DNA of 64,000 nucleotides from Octopus vulgaris (lineage: Eukaryota), in the NCBI GenBank assembly GCA_951406725.2, contig OX597818.1, positions 10,974,001 to 11,038,000 of the forward strand. Direction: 5' to 3'. Numbering within the stretch: position 1 is the first letter of the stretch; each line of letters opens with the position of its first letter. Below, one piece after another: positions 52,292 through 64,000 of the stretch. The notes beneath the pieces were generated by a model. It worked only from the letters and a program-made list of their open reading frames with translations, ran no database searches and was not told the origin of the DNA. The position numbers were made by a program, and so were the translations under genes.

Positions 52292-53360
52292 CACAATAAT
52301 ATATAGATATATGTATATATATCTATATATATCATCATCATCATCATATATATATATATATATATTATTTATAGGTACTGTTACTCTCATTCTCTTTCTT
52401 ATATATATTAATATATGTATGTGTGTTTATATCTATGTATGTACATATCTGTGTATATATTTTTATGTGCACGCAGACACAACACAAAGCACAAGTATGT
52501 ACATGTGTGCACAAGCAAAAAACATATACAATACAAATTGATATACGTCTTTGTGCAGATTGAAATATTCATGCACAGGAAGTACAAGTGCATTAAGGAA
52601 AATACATGCATTGCAAAGATGGCTACAATTAATTATATGTATTCACTGTACTAAATTATGAATGAGTGTGTGTGTATATATATATATATATATATGTATG
52701 TATATAAATCTCCATTGGATTTTGTATACACAGAGCACACTCATATATACATATGTATTTAAGCTTATAGGCATGAATTTCATCAAATGAATCATAATGA
52801 CATCAGTGCTAATAAGTGTGTGTGTGTGTGGTGGGGTTTGTATGTGTGTGCATATATGCATAAGGTCACACACATGCTTTTTTAAGTCTTGCTCTCTCGT
52901 TGTATTACTTGTTATATTATGTGTGTGTGCGTGTATGTGTGCTTCTTTTAGTTGTTTCAGTCATTGGACTGCAACCATATTGGGACATGGCCTTGGAGGG
53001 TTTTTTAGCAGCACTTATGTTTTTTTTAAAGTCTAGTACTTATTTTATCACTCCCTTTAGCTGAACTGCTAAGTTACAAGGATGTAAACAAACAACACCA
53101 GTTGTCAAGTTATGTATGCGTGTCAGATTAGATCACATGTTTTCTGTGGCTAAAGACTCTATGAATCTTATTTAATGCTGGTGCTCACTGCACCATTGGT
53201 CACTTTTTGTATTTCCTTTTTGGTTTTGAATTGTATCTAGCCACCTGAATTATTTTATAATTTTCACATTACCATTTTGCAGAATCAGCCTTTGATTCCA
53301 ATGGTAGCTTCTATAAAACTGACAGGTATGAGTTCAGCTTTACTGTCCATAACAGAGTAA

Positions 53361-53413
53361 GCATTACTGATGAGTGTTAATTTCTGTACAAAATTAGCAT
53401 GCTAATCTAATGC
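53361..53413 (+). ncRNA. Type I hammerhead ribozyme fold with G12-to-A substitution (probably inactive copy)
   Basis: Stem I gcatta/taatgc; core CUGAUGA (53367-53373); stem II GUGU/GUAC; AAAA in place of GAAA (53390-53393); palindromic stem III uuagcaugcuaa; cleavage triplet AUC (53405-53407). Confidence 0.65.
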
Positions 53414-53588
53414 ACTTTGCTTGTGGTGGGGAGGTTGTCTCCTCCGTCAGTTCAAATTAAAACACAATGCTGGTGCTTGCTGCACCTTTGATGACTTTTA
53501 GTGACAGTAAAGTATTTCCTTTTTGGTCTTAAATTGTGTCTAGCCACCTTGATTATTTTATGTATATATATATATATATATATATATT

Positions 53589-53745
53589 TAGGCACAGGAG
53601 TGTCTGTGTGGTAAGTAGCTTGTTTACCAACCACATGGTTCCAGGTTCAGTCCCACTGCATAGCACCTTCTACTTCAGTTTCCGTCTACCAAATCCTTGT
53701 GAGTGGATTTGATAGATGGAAACTGAAAGAAGGCCGTCGTGTATG

Positions 53746-53777
<32 letters not shown>

Positions 53778-53985
53778 AATGTGTTTCTGCACCTGTCCCC
53801 CCACCATCACTTGACAACTGATGCTGGTGTGTTTACATCCCTGCAACATAGCAGTTTGGCAAAAGAAACCATTAGAATAAGTACTAGGCTTACAAAGAAT
53901 AAGTCCTGGAGTCAATTTGTTGGACTAAAGGCGGTGCTCCAGCATCTCCATAGTCAAATGATTAAAACAAATAAAAGAATAAAAG
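53589..53985 (+). mobile_element. SINE family A
   Basis: ggcacaggagtgtctgtgtggtaagtagc head; tail caaatgattaaaacaaataaaag. Confidence 0.8.
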
Positions 53986-54054
53986 GCATGTCACGTTTAG
54001 AAAGCATAAATCTAGAGAGGAAGTGCACTCTAAGAAGTAGAGCAGTCTATGTTT

Positions 54055-54266
54055 TTTACTTGGTAAGGCCTGGTTATGGGATTACTCTGCGTTTCCCATC
54101 CTTAAAGGGTTTAACTTTATAACATATCATCAGACCATAAGACCTGTTGGCTTAAGATCTCCTCTGGTCTTAGACCAACAGGTCTTTGGGTTTGACAATA
54201 CGCCATAAAGTTAAACCCTTTATGGACAGGAAACTCAGGGTAACCCCATAAAAAGGCCTTCACCAG

Positions 54267-54270
<4 letters not shown>
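54055..54270. repeat. Long imperfect palindrome, ~105-bp arms, ~6-nt loop
   Basis: taaagggtttaactttat / ataaagttaaacccttta and aagacctgttgg / ccaacaggtctt are exact inverted blocks within continuous arms. Confidence 0.9.
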
Positions 54271-54309
<39 letters not shown>

Positions 54310-55024
54310 TCAGTGGATCATATATCCAAAAAATAAGTATGCTCTAGAGGTTAGAGCAGTAATGTAGCTCCAATGCCAGCCTTGGTATGCTTTCTGTGGC
54401 TTGATGCTCTTCCTAATGCCTAATATTTTACAGCTTATACTAGGCCCTCTTTCTCTCAACCACCACCACTAGGGATTTTTCAAGTAACTTTCAGGATGAG
54501 AAAAGATAAAGAAAAAAGCCACCTTCCTTAAGCATGTGTATGTGTGGGAGGGTATTTGGGATCAGGAGCAGACTTTATTCCATATGCTGTGAGACCAAAG
54601 TACAATAGAGGGACAAGCACAGATGTCTTGCTGTAGACAATATATATAGCTAACACATATTACATAAGGTAGGTGGGAGTAGCTGGCAAGAAAATAAAGA
54701 TGGTGGTGACAGGATACCAGAGCAAACTCTCATGGTGGGAGGTGGTTAGTAATTGCATAAGACTGTGGGAGGAGAGTGAGAGATGGTTAGAAGTGTATGT
54801 GTATATACATAGGTATATGTATCTATATAAATATATATGTACATATATATATATAGTATATATACTCTTTACTCTCTTTTACTCTTTTACTTGTTTCAGT
54901 CATTTGATTGTGGCCATGCTGTAGCACAGCCTTTAGTCTATATCTATCAATCTATCTATCTATAGATTGATAGATATAGATATATATCTGTGTGTGCATG
55001 CATGCGTGTACATATGTGTGTGAG

Positions 55025-55068
<44 letters not shown>

Positions 55069-55213
55069 TTTATATAGATATGTATATAATTTATATAGAT
55101 ATGTATATAAACATATATGTATATATGTGTGTGTGTGTATGCATGTGTGCACATATATGTGAGTAAAAGATATATATATAACACATGTGTACAAATACAT
55201 GTACATGTGTACT

Positions 55214-55390
55214 TGAGAATATACTCATACTTTCCACAAGAAGTTATATATAAATAAATAATATTGATTTGAAAGATTCTTGGTTTTCTCTTTAAAACTT
55301 CAGATCTATTTTAGCTAGTAGCTGCTTTTAACCCTTTACAAAGCTGAACCCTAGAAAATTTTTCTCTTCTATTTTGCACTTACATTCTTC
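55214..55390 (+). repeat. Copy 2 of the dispersed duplication (partner 48003-48185)
   Basis: See copy 1. Confidence 0.9.
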
Positions 55391-55574
55391 TCTATATATA
55401 TATCTAAATATCTGTGTGTGTGTGTTTATGTATATATATCATGCATATAAATATATATATAGTTATATAATTTTTATGTATGTATGTATATACATGTATA
55501 GTTTTACACATATGTATTTGTATTCTACAATATGTCTGCATGTGTGTGTGTGTGTGTGTGTATGTGTACTACGT

Positions 55575-55900
55575 TACCTAAACATCCTGCTACATGCCTT
55601 CTAGCTTTATATATTGCAACATCTACAAACTTTACCGTGCATTTTATGTTGGTGGGGAAAATGCTGTATTGCCTTGCTGATCACTATCATGAGCAAATTT
55701 GGTGCACACTACAAAGTATGTTGGGTCAACCTTTTGCCATCAACTTCTACCCAACAGGGCAATCCATCTTTCATTTATCAGTGCACAATGTCTCTGCACA
55801 TCATACTTCCACAAAAAAAACAGAAGGAACCATTTTTCGTGGTCTAATTGGGGACCATGCTACTGATGAATTTAAAGGAACATTGTTCTTTCTACTCTGA
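55575..55900 (+). pseudogene. Decayed Penelope-like element GIY-YIG endonuclease C-terminus
   Basis: VGK..CLADHYHEQI..QPFAINFYPTGQSIFHLSV resembles the PLE motif YVGET.R.L.DRF.EH....PVA.HF...GHS...L.V; followed by a pyrimidine-rich tract. Confidence 0.55.
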
Positions 55901-57828
55901 CACTTTATCTTTAATAAGTTCCCCTTTTCTTCTCTCAGCTCCTTTCTCATCTTAATTTTCCCCTCCATCTCCTGTACATGTGCTTCTCTTCCTTTCTTCT
56001 TTGCTTAACCCATCTCCCTTTCTCATTTAATTTTGCTCTCCTACTACTTGTCTATGTAGGCAAGTTTATGTCTCGCATTACTCTCAGTTGCAGACATTTG
56101 CTCAAACGTAGAGGGTGCGAAACCCTGTTTTCTATCTTTCTTTTCCCTTCTGCTATCTTAACCCTGAAGAATACTCTACTCCCCTCTCCCCATAGTAATT
56201 TTACTGTACTCTTTCTGGCACTTTTTCTGAATAATATAAATTTTGTTGATACACAACCATCAGTTTTTTTTAAATTGTTGTTAATTTATTCCAGATCAAC
56301 TCTGATCAAGCAGACCATTGATCAAAGCCATTCCTGCTGTGGCCATCACATCTCTTTTAGATGTAATTAGTACTACATTATTCAATGTTATTTGCTTTTT
56401 TTAATATTGTAGTGTTTGATTGAAGGGAGATTTGATTACTATTTCTAACAGTTTAATAGAGTCTATTGCCCTTCCTTGTAAAAGGTGTAGTGCATCTTAA
56501 TAATATGTTGATTCATAAATGATTGACTCAACCATCCCATTTTTAACTTCCTTTACAAATTTAACTTCCTATGCAGATTTCACTGTGAAATTATCAAACC
56601 AATTTGGTGCTTGTCATTTTCACAAAAACAAAAAGAAATATAGAAATGAATAAATTAACATTAAACAAGAAATCACTGCTGAACTTGCTGCCCTCTATCA
56701 GGCTCTCAAAATACCACCATACACAAAACATTCATTTTATCTTTGTTGCAAAGATTATTATCTAGGATAAATGCTGCAACACAGAATCTGTTGATTTTGT
56801 TTCACTGCCATTTCTTACAATAATGCAACACCCTTGTGGGTGTTGCATTGTGGTCATACATTTCATTAATTTTCTCCGTAATGCACACTCCTCTGTGTAT
56901 CACCATCCTACCAGCACACACCTTGTCTCCCTCTCTCCTCATATCAGTACACATTTTAGGTTCTCATTTCAGAAATAAAATGGTAACAGCCTGGGGTTCT
57001 GCAGTATGTCTTGTATAGGGAATTTCTTTTAGTGATTTCAGAAGAATGGATTCAAATAGAACTAAATAACTTGGTGTTAGGCAGGGCATCCAGCTGCAAA
57101 AGCCCCTGCCAAAACAGATACAGTAGCCTGGAGTAGTTTTCTGCTTAGCCAACTCCTGTCAAGCCATCAAACCCATGCCTGCATGGAAAGTGGATGTTAA
57201 ATGATGATGATAAAGAAAATATGCAGTATTTACCATTATATTCTTCTTGTAACATCTAGATGTTTCAGTGACTATTCACTTCATTAGTTACTGCTGAGCT
57301 ATTGATAGTTATTCATTTAGTCATATGATATGATATCATATGAATTGATATCTTAAAACCAAGGTGTCATAAAAAATACACCCAGTACACTCTGTAGAAT
57401 GGCTGGTGTTAGGAAAGGCATCCAGCTGTAGAAACCAGGCCAAAACAGAGCATGGGACCTAGTATGGCCTCTGGCCTTGCAAGCTCCTGTCAAACCATCC
57501 AGCTCATACCTGAATGGAAAACAGACCTTAAATGTTGATGATGATGATGATATGTCAGTGTCATTGACATCACAAATGGTTGTTAATAAACTAACCTGGA
57601 ACAGGTAGAGGTAATAACTGTCTTAGAGAGATATGGGAAATGCCTTTGGAGTGCTCTACAGGAGAAATATAAGTTGGGATGCTAATATATATGCCAGGAG
57701 CTTTATGATAAATAGATGCCCTTGAACCTGAGCTGTGTTATTTTGAGTTCATCAAGTGAGACATTTAAACACTGAGCTGCTATAGAAACAGTTACTTTGT
57801 GCTATCGTTTTATGGCTTTGTGAATTAA

Positions 57829-58376
57829 CCCTTTAGCAGTTAAACCAGCTATATATGGCCAAAATATTGTACCTGTTTTATATTCAAAATGACCAGATCT
57901 GGTCTTTTGCACCAACCCTGCCACAAAGAGAAAGGCCCCCTCCAGTCATAGATGACCATGGATTGCACCTAGAAAGCTCCCCTCTGAGACACAAGTCTCG
58001 GCAAGTTTGTTTATGGAAGACCAGCATACCAGCTCCCCTCTCCATGCCACTGATGTTATTGAAGGGAAAGGCCAATACAGCTTGGCACCAGTGACATTGC
58101 AACTCATTTCTACAGCTTAGTGAACTGAAGCAACATGAAATAAAATGTCTTGCACAAGAACACAACATACAGCCCAGTCCAGGAATCGGACTCACTACCT
58201 CATGATTGTGAGTCAATGCTCTAACCATTGAGCCATGCACCTTTAACCCTAACATATTCTAAAAATTAAAAGTTACCTCATCAAAATCTCAAAGCTACAA
58301 AATAATGTATGGTTAATACAAAACTCTGCGAATAAATAAGCTTTAGTTTTGATAGAATAATGTTAATGTTAAAGAG
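57829..58376 (-). mobile_element. TTAA MITE containing a SINE D insertion (~57930-58243, minus)
   Basis: ttaa|ccctttagcagttaaacc ... atgttaaagag|ttaa; the insert is the reverse complement of 15491-15830. Confidence 0.78.
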
Positions 58377-60119
58377 TTAAACAAACTGGAAGAATGGTTC
58401 TGAAAGATTCTCAAAATAGAAAAATATAGGATATTTGCCACAATATGTATATGTATGTTGTTTATAATCAGCATATCATTTAATTCATTAAGTTATCATG
58501 AAAATTAAAGTAACAGTGAGTGGCACAAGCCAAAGTGATATAATTACACCTGCACAGAAAATCTTGCTATCAAGTGAAGCAAAAATTATTTTAGCCATCA
58601 CATATGAAGTGAAATTGTCTTTCCATTATAAAAAAATTAGTTCATTAATAGGAATTACTTCTTGTGAATGATTCGCATGCTCAGTAAATTAGAGTGGTAA
58701 TACCATCGTTGATAAAGAAATGTTTCTTATTTCATAACAATTAGCCTTATGGTTAATTGAAATATCATGAAACTTTTTCATCCATCTCCTGCCGGCTTAG
58801 AGAAATATCTGCGAAAATGATGATGATGAGATATATTCTCTAATTATAATTAGAGGAACTGCAATTCAATAAAGAACTCAATACACTCAGAAAGTGGAAT
58901 CTATTATGTTTATTAGGAACTATACCTTAAGGGTAGTAGACTTGTTTCACTTACTATTTTGAGAATAATGTAACCAGTCTTACAATGCATAAGATATTGT
59001 TTTTAATAAACACGCACACAAAACACACACATACAAAACCATTTATGCTTTATTCAGATATAATAGAATTGTCTTTTGTGTTTGTACATGTGTCTGTTAG
59101 AGTATAAGTCTGCACAAATGTGTATGCCTATGCATTAACATGTATGCAGATATTGGGTGAGTGGCCTGGTTGAGAGGACAAGTTTAATAAATGAATGAAT
59201 TTGTGGAAAATCTCTTTTCATTTAAATATATCAAAATAGACCCATCTAGAACATTTACACTTGCACACACACACACGCATACGTATGCATGCAGAGGCTT
59301 CTTTTAAGTTCTGTCCACTAAATCCATTCACAAAACTTTGGTCAGCCCAAGACACTTGTCCAGGGTGTTGCACAGTGGGACTGAACCCAAGACCATATAG
59401 TTAGGAAGCAAGCTTCTTAACCACACAGTCACATGTGTGTCTATATTGATGATCTGTTGTTTATTTAACATGTCACTGATTGCTTGTTTATGTAGCATCC
59501 TGATGAGTGAAGAGTTATGTAACATACATAATCTTATGGACTTTATGCATACTGCATACCTGTTTATACTACTTTTATGTCACAATAAACTCTTTTAACA
59601 AAACAATTGTAGCAACAACACCAGACAATTGTAAGCAACCCATTTGTCTGTTTTTATTATGCTTTTATGCTACACTTAAGGTTCCATTCATTGTTGAACA
59701 CTTTTGGATACTATTAGAGTTATGGATTACCTAATAGCAGTAAGCTTCCATTTATCGATGCATTCTGTGCTATGATAATGGATTGGTTAATTAACTGTTT
59801 CGTGTCATTGTGTTTTGCCAACATGTGGCATACTTCACTTTGATGTGCCTCACTCCTTTTTGGATCCTCTGTAATCTAAACTGAAAATAAATGTGTGTCT
59901 ATATTTAAACATATGCGTTCACATTTGTTTCGTATGTTAGTACACATGAATATACACATACAAGTTTAAACTCGGATATTTACATGTATATGTGTTCGTA
60001 TGTCTATCTACTTGTCTGTCTGTCTACACTGACGCACATATGTATCACTGGGTATATGTTTGAAAAAGTTTATTGGTCTCTCTCTCTCCTCCCCCTCTTT
60101 CTTTCTATCTATCTCTCCC

Positions 60120-60157
<38 letters not shown>

Positions 60158-60247
60158 TGAACATAAGCCAATTTGTCTAGCTAACTGTCTCTGTGTCTGT
60201 TTATCTATCTATTCATCTATTAATCTGTCTGTCTGTCTGTCTTTCTG

Positions 60248-60278
<31 letters not shown>

Positions 60279-60362
60279 GAATATTTGTATATCAACCAAT
60301 TTCTCTAGCTCTCTCTTTCTGTCTCTCTCTCCATCTAATAACGTGTCCATATATGTATGTAT

Positions 60363-60395
<33 letters not shown>

Positions 60396-60396
<1 letters not shown>

Positions 60397-60500
60397 GAGT
60401 AATAAAGAGGTACAGGTGTCAATTCATTACGACCGTTTCTAACAACTACTTTCATTGAAATGGCCATAATGAATTGACACCTGCATCTCTTTGTTACTCA
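60396..60500. repeat. Hairpin with 44-bp ungapped stem and 17-nt loop
   Basis: 60396-60439 pairs with 60457-60500: 38 Watson-Crick pairs, 3 G-U, 3 A-C. Confidence 0.9.
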
Positions 60501-63189
60501 CTGATATTTTATTCACCTATCCTGGCATCTACACTTCATAAATATTATAGACAGTAATTTCAATGTAAAATACATGTCTGGAAGGCCAAGTGCAGATTCC
60601 TTCAGTCAGGTCAGTTTTATTATCTTCATACACTGCAAGAATATCATGTGGCTGGCACTTTGCACCAAGTTTGATATTCACTTAATATTGTTGAGTATGA
60701 ATGTTACTCAGACCCAACAAGGTGCCTCAATTTAAGTACCTAATTCAACTGAATCTTAATTGTATTTTATATAAAGATATATCGTTGCTATTATGCAAAA
60801 GTGTCGTAAGTCCAAAATGCTGCTTTTTCAGACAACGAAGAAATAGTTTCACCATTCCATAGCAAAACTTTGACAATTTTTGATATCTTGGCATCTGAAA
60901 CAGCTGGCGACACAATAGTTTGACCAAAAGAACTGGCTACTGCAAGCAAAAATAAATATTTAACAAACTGCATTTGGCCAGATTTGGACATATGACAGCT
61001 TAACATAATAACAACGACGTGTGTGTGTGTGTGTGTGTGTATTTGAATATCAACCAATTTGCCTAGCTATCTCTCTCTCCATGTCTGTTAATCTATCTAT
61101 TCTGTCTGTCAATCTGTCTGTCTATCTACCCTAGCTATCTATCAATCTGTCTGTCTATCTATCCTTGCTATCTATCTAGCTATCATTATGTGTCTCTGTT
61201 CCTCTATTACTTTACAGTAACAGACAGGCTTATATATAGACTGTCTACACTTTTGGGTATCTAAACTCTATCGCTTTTGCAGGGCTGCCATTTTTTTTTT
61301 GTCACGATGATAAGCTTATTTGGCATGCTTCCTCTTTCTTGTTTTCTTGTTTTTGTGGATGCAATTATTCTGTCAGAATATCTTCTAAGTCTGATGTCAA
61401 AACAGCTCTAGCTTATTTGCATGAAAGCTTTATTCCCAAGTTACCCCTTCCACTTGATGCTAGCAGGCCTGTCTCTGCCCTTCCCATAATACTCTGTTAA
61501 AGAGAACAAATTCAGATTTTATTCATTTACTTATCAGTGGGTACCAAGAAGTCTTGTTAAAAAAAATGGACTTTTGGTGCTTGTCTGTTGACATTAGGTT
61601 AAGTGAGGCAGAAAATATTTTCTGTTCATCTTGTATTTTCATAGAAAGGTTGGCGCCATTGAGGGCATCCATCCATGAGAGCTCCATTTTCATTATGTAT
61701 GCTCTAATGCATCAAATATTACTGCTACATAAATGTATTATTATATACCCCAGACATGGCACATTGTTGAACCCTGATGCATTGTGCATCTGTTGGAAGA
61801 GAGATGGTGGGTAGCTGGTCGCTGTGTTTTAACTGAACAAAACTGAAGAATAACATTTTTGAAAAAATGGATAATCATAATGGGATTTTTGTACTGTTTT
61901 TTTTTGTTGTTGTTTTGGTTGCCATAGACTATAGTGATGTTTTTAACTATAGCATAAATTTCGACAATCTTCCTTTTAGCATAAATATATTTTAGCCATT
62001 ATTTCTTCTAATAGTGGCTGCCTCTGATTCCATCTATTTCCTTATGAAGAATCAGTACTTACTATTTATTTAGCTATTATTTCACATTATAATATATGTG
62101 AAGAAATCTTAATATAAACTTCATTGCAAGTTGTTTTATTCACTTGTTTATTGACTTAAGCCTCATTCTAATGTAAACCAAACCCCACCCATGCATGGGA
62201 CATGCACTTCACCTTGAGAAATATTACCCTGTACAAAACAGCTCTGGAACCTCTACACAAACTAATAAGGGAAATTCTATTTAATTGATTAACAAGCTAA
62301 AACAGTAACTAAATCTCACTCAAATCACAGCTTATTACTTAAAAGAAAACAAAAAGAAAAAAAAATGCATCAAGTTTTAATTTACTGGAGATTTACTGCA
62401 TTAAAAAAAGAAAAGTACACTTCAGAAATTTGATATCTTGATGCAGTACTTCCTATTTTAACAAACCATGAGTTGTGGTTTCTTCTTCCTCCTTTTTAAC
62501 TAGTCTTGGAGACTCACTGGAGTTCCCCCGCCCTTGCATAACATGTGTTACCTATGAGAATTTTGCATCTCTTCATGAGGTACATTTACGATATTGGTCT
62601 CACTAGTCTCAGGGTTGTGAAGGGTAAGGGACACAATACCTTCTTCCAGAGTAATCAAATTAAAAGTAGCCATGTGTGTTGTTATCCTTCTTCCCTTGAT
62701 TAAGCTATGAAAGGAAAAAATATCAGTCATCCTTGATATTCTTTAAAAGATGTTGTGGTCATTGCAAGCAATGCTTTTGGTCATGACAAGGAATGCCAGT
62801 GGTCATCAGTTTTCTTGACATGGGGGTTAAACAGTAAGAAAATCAACAAAAATTAACTCTATTGACTTGACTCTGTTATCTTTGTTCTTCAGTTTAGAAG
62901 AACTTTGTGAAGCTACTCTCACCAAACCTACTAACACCATGTACACTTGCCTCTGTGTCTGTATACACACATATACGCATGTATACTCTGCTGGAGTCCA
63001 CTCTGCTGGGTGCTTGGTGTTAGGAAGGACATCCAGCCATAAGAACTTGCCAAAACAGACACAGAAGTCTGGTGCAGTCTTCTGCTTGGTCAGCTCCTGT
63101 CAAACCATCTAACCCATGCCAGCATGGAAGGTGGACGTTAACCAATGATGGTGATGATGATAATGATATATATAATATGTATGTTTTTA

Positions 63190-63580
63190 TGAATGGATGA
63201 GGACAGTTGCATAACGAAATGCCAAGTGCTTAACATTAAAGGAAGTTGTGGAAGAGGAAAACCTAGGAAAACATGGGATGAAGTATTAAAGGATGATCTC
63301 AAAATGCTGAGCCTTACAAAGGAAGTGACAGTGGACCAAGATATGTGGCACATTGCTGCAATCAATTGGTGTCGGTGCTGTTGCCACATAAAAGGCACTC
63401 AGTACACTCTGTAAAGCAGGTTGGCATTAGGAAGGGTATCCAGCCATAGGAACCAGACAGAAACAGATTATGGAACCAAGTGTGGCCCCTTGCCTTGCCA
63501 GATCTAGTCAAGCCATTTAACCTATACTGGCATAGAAAATGATATTAATTGCTGCTGCTGCTGATGATGATGATGATTGT
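63190..63580 (+). pseudogene. RTE LINE 3' end: ORF C-terminus, 3' UTR and (GAT)n tail
   Basis: MDEDSCITKC..GSCGRGKPRKTWDEVLKDDL..DQDMW, then ttggcattaggaagggtatccagc tail and (GAT)n. Confidence 0.88.
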
Positions 63581-64000
63581 GTGTGTGTGTGTGTGTGTGT
63601 ATGGAAATATGTGTGTATATATGTATTTGAGAATCACTAGTTTAACAGATTTGAATATGCAGGTGAAGACATCTCATGTTGTAGATCAACAGTTGCCTTT
63701 ATTCTTTTAAGAGATTAAATTGGCCATAGCAGAACAATAGAAGCACATATTGAAAAATCCAATTCTATAGAAATGGAAAGCAAAAGTTGAGTTTATTAAG
63801 AAAAACTACTCAGCAAATTTGAATTCATAAAACAAGAAAACTTTCGAACTGTATAAACAAATATCTTCTTGTGGTCATATGTACTTATGACAGCATATGT
63901 GTATGCACTTGCATATATACAATTTGTATAAACAAGTATGTTCTTGCCATTAGATATGTATATATCTTGATGTTGTTTGTGTTGCTTCAGAGAGAGAAAG

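Noticed and set aside
58930-58985. Minus-strand gaaacaagtc as a decayed minimal hammerhead; similar partial strings near 10950-10980 and 19880-19920
   Set aside because: The CUGANGA core or the stems need several corrections; not distinguishable from chance by eye.
61554-61814. 86-aa ORF in unique sequence (and minus-strand ORFs at 60745-61057)
   Set aside because: No recognisable domain, non-ATG start and no strong splice-site pair; treated as chance ORFs.

Overview
AT-rich, CpG-poor eukaryotic DNA saturated with microsatellites and transposon debris. The repeat repertoire (several tRNA-headed SINE families, RTE and CR1-like LINE ends with (GAT)n tails, a TTAA-targeting MITE, mariner, hAT and Helitron remnants) looks like a coleoid cephalopod, probably Octopus. 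That assignment is an inference from repeat style, not a database match. I found no intact protein-coding gene. The listed ORFs are microsatellite read-throughs, chance ORFs or decayed TE proteins, so the window reads as a gene desert or the inside of a giant intron. Most notable observations: (1) a U4 snRNA 5' fragment fused to a SINE and inserted as one unit with a 15-bp TSD (5444-5965); (2) a type I hammerhead ribozyme fold with one core substitution inside a ~292-nt partially tandem unit, i.e. retrozyme or Penelope-LTR-like (53174-53561); (3) a strong AG|GTAAGT zero-length-exon (recursive splice) motif at 30287-30294; (4) an exact ~140-bp inverted duplication just downstream (30929-31068 and 32807-32952); (5) three long fold-back palindromes (38238-38430, 54055-54270, 60396-60500). 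TE boundaries are read by eye and are approximate.
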